Origin: a virus | Taxonomy: Duplodnaviria; Caudoviricetes | IMG/VR virus record: IMGVR_UViG_3300033121_001133 | Span: 1-64,000 of that record | DNA length: 64,000 bases | Reading direction: 5' to 3' (one strand) | Part shown: positions 8,399 through 18,237 of the stretch, piece after piece | Position numbering within the stretch: position 1 is the first letter of the stretch | How the letters are laid out: each line of letters starts with the position of its first letter | Translations under genes and position numbers: made by a program | The notes under the pieces: model-generated | Told to the model about the DNA's origin: nothing | The model's database searches: none | What the model saw: only the letters and a program-made list of their open reading frames with translations

Positions 8399-10042
8399 AT
8401 GGCTTTTGAGCAGTCCATTGCAAGACTAGTATCACTAATAGACTCTGACTCAGAGGTCTATGGAGCTATCTTTAATAGGCTGCTGGATGGGGGAATCCAA
8501 GAGGGTATAGGATACTTGGGCAGAGATCAGCTATCTCAGCTACTAACCACGATCATACTACCATCCAACTTAACTCGGGATCGAGGTTGGCAGGACTCTC
8601 CTCGTACCTCACCTGGAGTACAGCCTGGTAGTGATACCATGAATGGAGTTAGTCTGGACGTGGTTCGATCGTTTTTTGATTCAGTGTTCATCAACACTGA
8701 GGTTCAGTCTGCGGCCAACATTGCGCAGGAGGTTAATCAAACTGATTGGAGATCATCAGAAGAGAGCAGTTCTTTACTTCTGTTCACCTTATGTGCAAGT
8801 GATCGTATTAGCAGCCTATTTTACTTAGCATTAGCAGGATCAGCCTTGTCTCAATACGCTCTGAGAGTGATGACTGTGGACCCCTGTGCCGGATACCTTC
8901 TGGCTCAGTGGACCTTTGAATCAAGTCCTCAAGACGGCTCCCACTTCACGGAGAGTGGACTGGCCAACTTACGAACCCCAACAGGTGCACCCAACCCATT
9001 TCCCAGCTCCTACGCTACCTCATGGACAGCTAATCCAGATGCTGTAGTTGATGGAGGAGGTGCTCGCTTTTCCGCCGAGGCCATCAAACTTAGAGAACAG
9101 TGGATTGAGCGGCTTACCAGTCCAGTTGATAGCAACCCACTAGGATTATTGCAGCAGTCGTGGAAAGCCAGACTAAATGCCGAAGCAGACTCTCAGCTAG
9201 CCACTCTGATCCGAATCAATGAGCAGTTTAACCTTAATAGTAGCTCCCTTTACTCGAGGACTGATGCTGATTTGGTTGACAAGCTAACTCGACTAGGTCA
9301 ATCCTACAAAGCAATTGCGGATGTGGCAGGATCCTCCGATCCTGAGGTATCTATAACAGGGGTGGTGGGGGTTGTCCCTACAAGTGGTGTCACTGGTACT
9401 CCACCAACAAGTCTGGATCAGCTACTGTCTATCCGTAATGGAGAACAAGGGAAGGTAAATACGTTTGGTGGACGACAACTCCTATTGAGTAGTGATCGGA
9501 TTATACTGAACACTCGAACCGACTACTTGATGCTGTTTGGTGGAGCTGGTGTTGCCATATCGTCCCCAGGATCGATTAACATTGATGCTGAAGGAGCTGC
9601 TACTATATTCGGAGAGGATGGGGTGTTTCTGGGCCTACCAAACAAAGGTAACCCAGTTACATCTAACAATTCGGATTTGGAGTATGAGCCCTTAGTGCTG
9701 GGCAGTAAGCTGTCAGACCTAATTGAGGATCTAATTCTAACTCTACGGAATGCTACTATTCTAGGACCTACAGGTGCGGCCTACTTTGCTGAGGATACTC
9801 TGGATGAGTTGGCAAAGATTCAAGCAAGGCTGCCTGAAATTATGAGTACATACGCCTATGTTGATGGGCAGAGCTACGAGTCCCGCGATCCTCAACCAGA
9901 ATCAAAGCCAGCTGAGCAGCAGACTGCTAATCCTCAATCATCATCAACTCCAGTGGCGCAGGAAACTACGACTGCAACCAGCGACTTGTCGACGCTTGCC
10001 GACTACTACGTAACTAATCCTCTCTACCAAGATCCAATCTAA
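8399..10042 (+). CDS. baseplate spike-like C-terminal part with a large unique N-terminal domain
   Basis: Beta-strand-repeat tail GRQLLLSSDRIILN...SINID...EPLVLGSKL, starting at about 9464. Confidence 0.5.
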   Translation: MAFEQSIARLVSLIDSDSEVYGAIFNRLLDGGIQEGIGYLGRDQLSQLLTTIILPSNLTRDRGWQDSPRTSPGVQPGSDTMNGVSLDVVRSFFDSVFINTEVQSAANIAQEVNQTDWRSSEESSSLLLFTLCASDRISSLFYLALAGSALSQYALRVMTVDPCAGYLLAQWTFESSPQDGSHFTESGLANLRTPTGAPNPFPSSYATSWTANPDAVVDGGGARFSAEAIKLREQWIERLTSPVDSNPLGLLQQSWKARLNAEADSQLATLIRINEQFNLNSSSLYSRTDADLVDKLTRLGQSYKAIADVAGSSDPEVSITGVVGVVPTSGVTGTPPTSLDQLLSIRNGEQGKVNTFGGRQLLLSSDRIILNTRTDYLMLFGGAGVAISSPGSINIDAEGAATIFGEDGVFLGLPNKGNPVTSNNSDLEYEPLVLGSKLSDLIEDLILTLRNATILGPTGAAYFAEDTLDELAKIQARLPEIMSTYAYVDGQSYESRDPQPESKPAEQQTANPQSSSTPVAQETTTATSDLSTLADYYVTNPLYQDPI

Positions 10043-11319
10043 TGTCAGACATCAGAACTAGAGCAGTTGAGGTGGGTAATAGTGCGATTACCGTCAATGA
10101 GGTGCTAACCCAGTTCAAGGAGCTAACTGCTAAACTGAAAGCGGATACTAATGTCCAGCTTGCAATCTCAGAAGGCTACAAGTCGCGTTATGAGATTCTA
10201 GAAGAGTTGCGTGGTAACGTCAAGGACACTAATCCATCAGATACCCGGTTTGCTGATCTGCTGTCGAGGCCTATTTCAGGTTCGGGCGAGTATTTGGAAT
10301 TAGAAGGCTATCTGATGGATCTAAGGCCTACCCAATACGATCCTACTATACCTGAGCCTTTGAGCTCGGTGGTTAACTCATCAACTAAGATCTACTACAC
10401 TCCTAATTACCCCAATCTCGATCCTCGTAGGACTGGACGTTTCTTAGTTGTAGATCCACCACAGTCAATTCGATCGGCTAATGTCCGGACCTGGCTGCTA
10501 AATAATAGCATGCTATACGGATTTCTTCTATATGGGGACATTGGACTGTACTACGAGGGAGTGGCTAAAATCAGGCAGCAGATCCAGGCTGGTAGTACGG
10601 TGCTGCAACTGGTTTCCAAGTATCAGGCTGCATATCCTAATAGTGCCATCATCACAACCACTACCCAAACCATACTAGGAGTAATTGCTCCGTCTAATTC
10701 AGGAGTGCCTACTAGTGTGGAATATGTGATCGGAACTCCGGTCCAAGATAACAGTGGAGGTAGGCCAAAGCTACTAGTTGTTGATAACAAGGTGATCACC
10801 GAAGGTCTAGCTGAAGCATACTTCACCATGAGATCTGCTGCTCAAGAGCAAGGAGTCACTTTAGAGATAGTGTCTGGATTTAGACCTGCCTTTGGACCCA
10901 ACGTAATGCTGGAAACGTCTAAAGGTCGGAGAATTGCTGCAACTACCCAAGAAACAATACGCCGTAACAGGTCCACGTGGAGTAGGCGATCAAGCTGGCA
11001 AGGGGATGATGAGAGCTTTGTGTTTCAAGCGCCCTCTAACTACTTCACCCCAACGGCAGCAAAACCAGGAACGTCTAAGCATGGATCTGGATTAGCCTTG
11101 GATTTGAACACCAGCTCACGCCCTCATCTAAACACTAGCGTGTATGTGTGGCTGGTTAAGAATGCTCATAGGTATGGGTTTGTGCGTACTGTTTCTAGTG
11201 AGGAGTGGCACTTTGAGTATCTGCCACAACAAGCTATTCGAGGACCTTATGCAGTCTTGGCTGACACTAACGCCAACAGATTCTATGCCGATTTAGGATT
11301 GTCAGGTCTACCAGCATAA
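10042..11319 (+). CDS. virion-associated peptidoglycan peptidase, M15B/VanY (D-Ala-D-Ala carboxypeptidase) domain
   Basis: C-terminal SGFR...AAKPGTSKHGSGLALD...WLVKNAHRYGF...EEWHFEY contains the SxHxxGxAxD and ExWH motifs. Confidence 0.85.
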   Translation: MSDIRTRAVEVGNSAITVNEVLTQFKELTAKLKADTNVQLAISEGYKSRYEILEELRGNVKDTNPSDTRFADLLSRPISGSGEYLELEGYLMDLRPTQYDPTIPEPLSSVVNSSTKIYYTPNYPNLDPRRTGRFLVVDPPQSIRSANVRTWLLNNSMLYGFLLYGDIGLYYEGVAKIRQQIQAGSTVLQLVSKYQAAYPNSAIITTTTQTILGVIAPSNSGVPTSVEYVIGTPVQDNSGGRPKLLVVDNKVITEGLAEAYFTMRSAAQEQGVTLEIVSGFRPAFGPNVMLETSKGRRIAATTQETIRRNRSTWSRRSSWQGDDESFVFQAPSNYFTPTAAKPGTSKHGSGLALDLNTSSRPHLNTSVYVWLVKNAHRYGFVRTVSSEEWHFEYLPQQAIRGPYAVLADTNANRFYADLGLSGLPA

Positions 11320-11320
11320 C

Positions 11321-14257
11321 ATGCCTTACAACTTTGAAGCTACCTTTACACAACCCCTACTAGCAGAGCTTGATGCCGGTAGGATAGGTAACGCTCAATC
11401 CTGGGCTAATGCAATCACCAGACACTATCTAAACACTGTCAAGCTGGGGATGCCTCAAGGAGTCCCACTAGTACTTCCTGCTCCAGGATTAAATCCTGGT
11501 GGACCACCTCCTCCATTTACTATTGGCACCTCTCCCTATACTACTGTAGAGGCAAGAAGGCACTTAATGTACAATGTGATATACTCCTACTTTCACGCAA
11601 AGGAGTTGAAGCTGCAGCGTAACTCAATTGAGGGTACGATTAGTGCAATCAAACAGGTGCTGAGGAAGATCAAAAGAACTACAGAGAGAGTTAAAGCGCT
11701 TAACAATCAGATCAAGTTGATTACTGAGCAGCTTGATCAGCTTCCATCCTTACTAAAGCACATTGATGAGGGGATTGGCCTGTTCGTTAAAGACCAAGTA
11801 GACCAACTTAACACCCTACTAGACAGTGTTCAGGATGGTACATTTGGTGTGCAGATCAGTCCTCAAGAACTCCGTACTGTATTTGGTGAGGAGTTGAGGG
11901 CAATTGAGGATGTTAAGCAGTTCTCACTGACCAATAAAGAAGGGATTACTCGATTGGCAACTTTCCTAGAGAGGCAAAGTCAAACTTCTGATCAACTACT
12001 CGATTCAAACAGTCGCCATCAGCTTATTAAGCTACATTTGACCAGAAGGCTGACTCGGCTGGTTAAGGAAATGCTGAACTTCGTTCAGTTACCCCTACAA
12101 CCAAACCTATTCATTGACTATGCCAATAATCTGGAACGGACTTCTACTAAGTTTCGCAACTTTGCACGTGCAATCAGACAGATCGCGTTTATTGAGCGTT
12201 TCATTCGACCTAAGCTAGCTAAACTCAAGGCATTAGTCAACGGCCTAGTATCGCGGATCAAAAACAAGCTGCAGCTAAAGGTCAAGGCTCTTCGTGAGAA
12301 GCTAGCCACAAAGATCAAGCTATTCAACAGCAATTCCAATCAAGGTAAGAGTGGAGGATTGTTCAAAAAGGCCCGACGCACTATTCGTCAAGAGCGGCAA
12401 AAAAACGCACGGCTGATAGCGAATCAAACGGCCAGGGTTAAAGCTGGGCGAGATTTGATCAAGCAGTGTGTGGCATTGGGAGTTAAAACAACCGCACTAA
12501 CTGTCTCACTTGAGCAGGAGTTAATTTCTGCTAAGGCAGAGTTGGCTAAGAAGCGTAGAAAGCTACTGGATATAGAGGACTTGAGCACTGACTTGACGAG
12601 GGCTCGTTCTGAGACTAGGATCGAGCTAGACCAACTGAGTAACTATCTTGAAGGTAACGGGCTTGGTAGCTTTTACCAACTTAGTGCTCGCCTACTAAGC
12701 ACTACTGGATCTAGTGCTAGAGACTTGATTACATTGTTTGAACAGCGCAAGACTCGGTATAAGTTGTACGCTAGAGAGATTGCACAAGTAGGACAGGACA
12801 TCAGAGCCATACAGGACAGCATCAATGTGCTATTTGGATCGGGTACGAAGAGGTCTAAGTCTCGCTTCTCCCTTGACGTTGGTCAGACACCAATCAGCCT
12901 GAAGTCTCTGTTGGAGCTCATCGTTAAGTGGCTTAAACCGAAGCTAGCCAGCATCGTGTCTTGGCTGCGTAAGTTTGTTAATTCGGTGACAAAGTTCATT
13001 AAGGACAGTCTAAGAAAGGCCCAACAAGCCCTAGCAGAGTTAGCTCAGAACCTGATACCAGGCTCCAGTGCTAGTCGTGATCCGATCAATAAGAAGAAGA
13101 TCAGACGGGCTAAGGCTAGAGCTTTAAGAGATAAGGCTACGAAAGCTCGAACAATTGCACGGAGGTTGAGCATACTGACTCGGGCTATTCCGGCAGCAGC
13201 AGCACTTGCTGGTAATGTAACCCGAGGTAGATTCAAATTGTCTGAAAACCAAGCATCAATCAACAAGATTGCTAATGCCATTTACAGCTACAAGCGACAG
13301 GATCAGCCTGCCTCTATTCAGCATAAGCTAGTGTCAGAGCAGCAGAAATTCACCAGCAACTTCAATAGCTTAATGGTTGCTGAGTCAATTGCTAGTATTC
13401 TAATACTGACCAGGAAGTCTCTTGGAGCTCAGGCTAAGAGGGAGGTCGATCAGACATTTGCACAGCTGTCTAGTACAGCTCAGCCTCTCGATCCCAATAA
13501 AGCTAAGACCCTTCAAGCGCTGAGAGAGTTGGTTGATAACCCACCAACCGCCTTAGATAAGCTGGAGCGGGCTGGGGATGTACTTGGAGCTGCTGTCGTT
13601 CAGGATGTTAGTACTACCAATCGGCTGGTGGAGATGGAGAAACGAATTCTCCGAACCACAAGACAGGCGATCCAAGTAATCGTGGATAACCAGGCTCTAA
13701 AGCAGAGGTATCAACAGGCCTTAGTTTCTGGTAACACCAGTGGACTATTCTTTGTCGCATACCAAGAGCTCCAAAAAATCTCAGTTGGGCTATCGAGGCA
13801 GCAGTCTCTTATTTTAATGTGCTTAAGGGCCTTGTACAAGATTCTCTCTAAGCTGTACGCTTGGATCCGAGATCAAGTGACTTCATTTATTAACAAGGCG
13901 ATCAAAGCGCTGACCGAGCGCTTGAAGAAGCTTAGTCGCAACTCAGCTCGTGAATCCAAACATCGAGCTGGTAAGGGACTAAACTTAGATGGGTTTTTGA
14001 TGAGTACCGCCTTTGGACTAGCCACTAGAGCGTTGTGGACTGGAGCTTCTTGGGTTGGACCAACTGGCAGCAATCATACAGCCGTTTCTATAGGAGGGTT
14101 TAGACCTAGAATGAGGGCTAAGGTAGAGGATGGTGCTACTGGATTCGTACGTGAGATGGCTCGTGGATTCCAAACTCAACTTGAGCTGATGAGGGGTATT
14201 GTGGTCCCTCCGGCTGTAACAGGAATTGCTCCTCAACAGTTTGTTGGTTACAATTGA
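11321..14257 (+). CDS. large basic coiled-coil virion protein
   Basis: 978 aa with Pro/Gly-rich termini flanking about 800 aa of amphipathic Lys/Arg/Leu helices. Confidence 0.7.
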   Translation: MPYNFEATFTQPLLAELDAGRIGNAQSWANAITRHYLNTVKLGMPQGVPLVLPAPGLNPGGPPPPFTIGTSPYTTVEARRHLMYNVIYSYFHAKELKLQRNSIEGTISAIKQVLRKIKRTTERVKALNNQIKLITEQLDQLPSLLKHIDEGIGLFVKDQVDQLNTLLDSVQDGTFGVQISPQELRTVFGEELRAIEDVKQFSLTNKEGITRLATFLERQSQTSDQLLDSNSRHQLIKLHLTRRLTRLVKEMLNFVQLPLQPNLFIDYANNLERTSTKFRNFARAIRQIAFIERFIRPKLAKLKALVNGLVSRIKNKLQLKVKALREKLATKIKLFNSNSNQGKSGGLFKKARRTIRQERQKNARLIANQTARVKAGRDLIKQCVALGVKTTALTVSLEQELISAKAELAKKRRKLLDIEDLSTDLTRARSETRIELDQLSNYLEGNGLGSFYQLSARLLSTTGSSARDLITLFEQRKTRYKLYAREIAQVGQDIRAIQDSINVLFGSGTKRSKSRFSLDVGQTPISLKSLLELIVKWLKPKLASIVSWLRKFVNSVTKFIKDSLRKAQQALAELAQNLIPGSSASRDPINKKKIRRAKARALRDKATKARTIARRLSILTRAIPAAAALAGNVTRGRFKLSENQASINKIANAIYSYKRQDQPASIQHKLVSEQQKFTSNFNSLMVAESIASILILTRKSLGAQAKREVDQTFAQLSSTAQPLDPNKAKTLQALRELVDNPPTALDKLERAGDVLGAAVVQDVSTTNRLVEMEKRILRTTRQAIQVIVDNQALKQRYQQALVSGNTSGLFFVAYQELQKISVGLSRQQSLILMCLRALYKILSKLYAWIRDQVTSFINKAIKALTERLKKLSRNSARESKHRAGKGLNLDGFLMSTAFGLATRALWTGASWVGPTGSNHTAVSIGGFRPRMRAKVEDGATGFVREMARGFQTQLELMRGIVVPPAVTGIAPQQFVGYN

Positions 14258-14267
14258 CTGTGGATCA

Positions 14268-14274
14268 TACTTAT
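14268..14274 (+). promoter_or_regulatory. putative late promoter TACTTAT
   Basis: Intergenic, 16 nt before ATG 14291. Confidence 0.6.
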
Positions 14275-14290
14275 CATAAACAGTGATAGT

Positions 14291-14785
14291 ATGAATACCA
14301 AGCAGTTTGCCACAGTTCTTCGTAAGATAATTCGGGAGGAAGTTAGAGAGGCTGTCCGTGCTGAGTTTCAGCTGCTGAGGGAGCAGCGATCTCCCACCCT
14401 CACTAAAACTAAGACGGTATTACGCCCAACGGCTACACAATCAACCACTCCCCCAGTCAAGAAGTTTGGTGGTCCTGCAGGAGACATTCTCAATGAGACC
14501 TTGCATTCAATGATGAGGAATCCCTCCCTGTCGATCCCAGACAACGTCTCACCGATGGTGCAAGTGGATCCAGGAAGTGAGGAAGAGTGGCCTGAGATAG
14601 GCTCTGGTACCTTCACTTCAGCGATGCTGGGTGAGAATGAGGCTGATGGGTTTCAGGAGGTTGCTCCAGAGGCGCCATCTATATCAATGGGGATGGAATC
14701 AAATGATCCTACTATGGTCTTCGTTAAGGATTATAGAGCCACACTACAAAGAGCAGAGCAGCTCTCTAATGAGCGTAGACCGTAA
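14291..14785 (+). CDS. hypothetical virion/assembly protein
   Basis: N-terminal LRKIIREEVREAV motif. Sits upstream of gp25. Confidence 0.7.
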   Translation: MNTKQFATVLRKIIREEVREAVRAEFQLLREQRSPTLTKTKTVLRPTATQSTTPPVKKFGGPAGDILNETLHSMMRNPSLSIPDNVSPMVQVDPGSEEEWPEIGSGTFTSAMLGENEADGFQEVAPEAPSISMGMESNDPTMVFVKDYRATLQRAEQLSNERRP

Positions 14786-14787
14786 CA

Positions 14788-15210
14788 ATGGCTACCCCTA
14801 TTCGCATAGACCCTCTCGATCTTGAGGCCGATGTGGCTATTGGAATTGATCTGCCTATGATCGATTCTGTTGGAACTAGGTTTAGGTTGAACTATACGTC
14901 GATGGATCAGGTTAGTGCAAACGCACGTAATCTATTACTGACTAATAGGGGGGAGAGGTTGATGCTGCCCGACTTTGGTTGCGATTTACGCAAATCTCTA
15001 TTTCAACAGCTAACTGCAACCCTAGTATCAGAAACTGAACAGAAGATTCGGGAGAGCTTTGCTTACTGGCTTCCACACGTGGTAATCAACGAATTAACCT
15101 TAACGCCTAGTTATGATCAGAACCAGCTCTCACTTAGAATGATTGTAAGTCTAGCTGGTAATAAGTTTGATACCCGCTCGATCGAGCTAACCTTAAAGAC
15201 AAATGGCTAA
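14788..15210 (+). CDS. gp25: baseplate wedge subunit, gp25/GPW family
   Basis: NLLLTNRGERLMLPDFGCDL...FAYWLPHV is the gp25 signature. Confidence 0.9.
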   Translation: MATPIRIDPLDLEADVAIGIDLPMIDSVGTRFRLNYTSMDQVSANARNLLLTNRGERLMLPDFGCDLRKSLFQQLTATLVSETEQKIRESFAYWLPHVVINELTLTPSYDQNQLSLRMIVSLAGNKFDTRSIELTLKTNG

Positions 15211-17095
15211 TACCCCTGCTCAGAGAGCTAAGGATGTACCCTACCTAGGGAGGGATTTCAACAGCCTTAAGGCTGGTTTGATAGAGTTCGCCAAGAACTA
15301 CTACCCTAATACCTACAACGACTTCAACGAGAGCTCACCGGGAATGATGTTCTTGGAGATGGCTGCTTATGTGGGAGACGTACTTAGCTATTACACTGAC
15401 AGTCAGCTTAAGGAAAGCCTCCTACTCAAGGCTAACGAGAGGGGTAACCTACTGAATATAGCGAATGCTTTTGGATACAAACCAAAACTGAGCATTCCTG
15501 CCGAAGTGGATCTAGACGTGTTTCAGCTACTTCCCGCTTCAGGAAGTGGTGTGGGTGTAGCTCCAGACCTGTCCTACGCAATGCAGATCGCGGAGGGTAT
15601 GAAGGTTCGTTCCACAGCTGGTAGAGTTGAGTTTATTGTCCGAGAGCCGGTTGATTTTGCTCACAACACTTTGGAAGATCCAACTGAGATCACTGTCTAC
15701 AGCGTTGATGGATCGGGCGCTCCAAACTACTATCTGGCAAAGAAGGTTCGTAGGGCAATTTCTGCTACTCGAAAGCAGGCTACCGTGGAAGTGACGGGGG
15801 TTAAGAAGTTTCTCAAGTACAAGCTAGCTGATACTAAAGTAGTAGGCATTGAGAGTATCGTAGACTCTAACGGTAATACGTGGTACGAGGTACCCTACCT
15901 TGCTCAAGATACCATCTTTGAGAAGGTTGCAAACACAGCCTACAACGATCCTGACGCTGCCGTGTATAGTGAAGAGACTCCGTACCTTCTCAAATTGAAG
16001 AGGGTACCTCGTCGATTTATCACACGCGTGTTGGAAGATGGTCTAGAAATCCAATTTGGTGCAGGTATTAGCTCTGCACCTGACGAGGAAATCCTAGCGT
16101 TGCCGGAGAATTTCGGACTATCCCTGCCAACGGGTATTGAAAATCTTGATAGATCAATCGATCCTCAAGCACCGGTGGTAACCTCTGCCTATGGAGTAGC
16201 TCCCTCAAACGTAACCTTGACTGTAACCTACCTCGTAGGTGGTGGAGTTGAATCTAACTGTCCCAGCAACACCATCAACGACATCGTTGAGATGTCTCGC
16301 GACATCAGCAACTTTCCATCAACCACCCCAGCATTAAACGACTTGATTGCCAATTCTGTTGCTGTCAATAATCACACAGCTGCTAGTGGGGGTCGTGGTA
16401 TGGAAACCGTTGAAGAGATTCGACAGAATGCTCTAGCACAATTCACTTCCCAGAATCGTGCCGTTACCAGGGAGGACTATATTGTCAGGGCCTATGCGAT
16501 GCCTGGCGTGTTTGGTAGTGTGGCCAAAGTATACATTACTCCTGATGAGCAAGCTAATTTGGCAACCTCGGAGGTCAATGACACCGTATCCAACCCACTA
16601 GCCTTGAATATGTACATGCTTGGGTATGATAACAACAAGAATCTGACCCTGGTTAATCGTGCGATCAAGGAGAATCTAAAGACCTACCTATCCCAATATA
16701 GGATGCTAACCGATAGCATCAATTTTCGCGATGCCTTTATCGTGAACATTGGAGTAGACTTTGATATCATCCCTCTTCCCGACTATAATCTAAATGAGGT
16801 ACTGGCTCTATCTGTACAGGCTGTGAAGGACTTTTTCAACATTGACAGGTGGCAAATCAACCAGCCGATCATTCTATCGGAGATTGCCAGCGTGTTAAAT
16901 GACGTGCCAGGAGTGCAGAGCGTGGCCAACATTAGGATTAAGAATCTGCACGATCAGTCTGACGGATATAGTAATGTAGCCTACAGCATTGCTGATGCAA
17001 CCCGCAATGGTATTGTGTATCCTAGCATAGATCCGTGCATATTCGAGGTCAAGTATCCAAACTCAGACATCAAAGGCCGCATAGCCAGCTACTAA
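15203..17095 (+). CDS. gp6: baseplate wedge subunit, gp6/baseplate J family
   Basis: YLGRDFNSLK...YNDFNESSPG...AYVGDVLSYY and GG...ETVEEIR...QNRAVTREDY. Confidence 0.9.
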   Translation: MANTPAQRAKDVPYLGRDFNSLKAGLIEFAKNYYPNTYNDFNESSPGMMFLEMAAYVGDVLSYYTDSQLKESLLLKANERGNLLNIANAFGYKPKLSIPAEVDLDVFQLLPASGSGVGVAPDLSYAMQIAEGMKVRSTAGRVEFIVREPVDFAHNTLEDPTEITVYSVDGSGAPNYYLAKKVRRAISATRKQATVEVTGVKKFLKYKLADTKVVGIESIVDSNGNTWYEVPYLAQDTIFEKVANTAYNDPDAAVYSEETPYLLKLKRVPRRFITRVLEDGLEIQFGAGISSAPDEEILALPENFGLSLPTGIENLDRSIDPQAPVVTSAYGVAPSNVTLTVTYLVGGGVESNCPSNTINDIVEMSRDISNFPSTTPALNDLIANSVAVNNHTAASGGRGMETVEEIRQNALAQFTSQNRAVTREDYIVRAYAMPGVFGSVAKVYITPDEQANLATSEVNDTVSNPLALNMYMLGYDNNKNLTLVNRAIKENLKTYLSQYRMLTDSINFRDAFIVNIGVDFDIIPLPDYNLNEVLALSVQAVKDFFNIDRWQINQPIILSEIASVLNDVPGVQSVANIRIKNLHDQSDGYSNVAYSIADATRNGIVYPSIDPCIFEVKYPNSDIKGRIASY

Positions 17096-17096
17096 A

Positions 17097-18227
17097 ATGG
17101 TATTTAGATTCTATCCAACAAAGGACGCTACCCTATATGAAAGGTATCCCAGCAAGAATACCGGGATGGACTCCAGTTTGGAGCTCAGAAAGGATATTGT
17201 AGGTACGACCCTGTCATCAAGCATATACAATTCTAGAATCGTAATTGCATTTGCCAGCAACTCTCTTGATAGAATTAGAGAATTTCATACGGGCAGTACC
17301 AATCCCAATGCCGGAGGTGGTAATTGGTTTTTGAAGTTGTATGCATGCGAGACCTCAGAGATACCGTCAGACTACAACCTACACTGCTATCTACTATCCC
17401 AGAGCTGGACAATGGGTGTTGGCAAAGACGCTAACATTCCTCAGACCACGGAAGGTGTAAGTTGGAATTATAGGGTGGGGGCAGCTGTTACTAGCTCTGC
17501 CTGGTCAACAGGGTCCTACGGGGCAAATGAAACCGGATCTTGGACCACTAATCCAGGAGGGGGCGTGTGGCACACAGACGCAGTCAGCACCCAGTCCTTT
17601 ATGTACAGTACCACCAACATCAATATGTCTGTGAATAACTTGGTGTCTAAGTGGATTGGAGATGGACTATACGCAGTTGACAACCACATAAACTTCATCA
17701 TTAAGAAGAGTGATACCGATGAGCAGTCCCGTCTGACCTTCAGTAGCGTCAAGTTCTTCAGCAAAGACACTTCCACAGTATTCCTACCAGTATTAGAGTA
17801 TCAGGTCTATGATGCATCGTTTACGGGCAGTTTGACCTTCGTCGACACAGACGCTTCATATGGGCTAACCCCAGTAAACTTGCAAGCCACTTACGGTGAG
17901 AGCTCAACTCCAATTATTCGGTTTGTAGCTCGATCGAAGTATCCTAATCGATCATTTACGACATCCTCATTTAACATCACCAAACAACTAGTGTCTGGAT
18001 CTCGATACGCAATCTACAGTGCACAGAGTGATGATGAGGTGATTGGATTCAGTGAGGCTACTACAGTCAGCCACGATGGCACCAGCAACTACTTCAAACT
18101 ATACGTTCCGGGACTGCAGCCAGAGCGATTCTACAGAATTTTGATCCAGGTACCTAACAGTGGATCGGCAGGCCATCAAGTTTATGACCATAACTGGGTG
18201 TTTAAGGTAGTGCGCAATTCACATTAA
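17097..18227 (+). CDS. virion structural protein (beta-rich)
   Basis: KDATLYE...NTG...SW..G.G...GVSW pattern, within the baseplate operon. Confidence 0.65.
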   Translation: MVFRFYPTKDATLYERYPSKNTGMDSSLELRKDIVGTTLSSSIYNSRIVIAFASNSLDRIREFHTGSTNPNAGGGNWFLKLYACETSEIPSDYNLHCYLLSQSWTMGVGKDANIPQTTEGVSWNYRVGAAVTSSAWSTGSYGANETGSWTTNPGGGVWHTDAVSTQSFMYSTTNINMSVNNLVSKWIGDGLYAVDNHINFIIKKSDTDEQSRLTFSSVKFFSKDTSTVFLPVLEYQVYDASFTGSLTFVDTDASYGLTPVNLQATYGESSTPIIRFVARSKYPNRSFTTSSFNITKQLVSGSRYAIYSAQSDDEVIGFSEATTVSHDGTSNYFKLYVPGLQPERFYRILIQVPNSGSAGHQVYDHNWVFKVVRNSH

Positions 18228-18237
18228 AGGCTGTTTG

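Noticed and set aside
8395-8401. Programmed readthrough or frameshift joining 7495 and 8399
   Set aside because: The ORFs are in different frames, there is no slippery sequence, and the downstream ORF has its own ATG.
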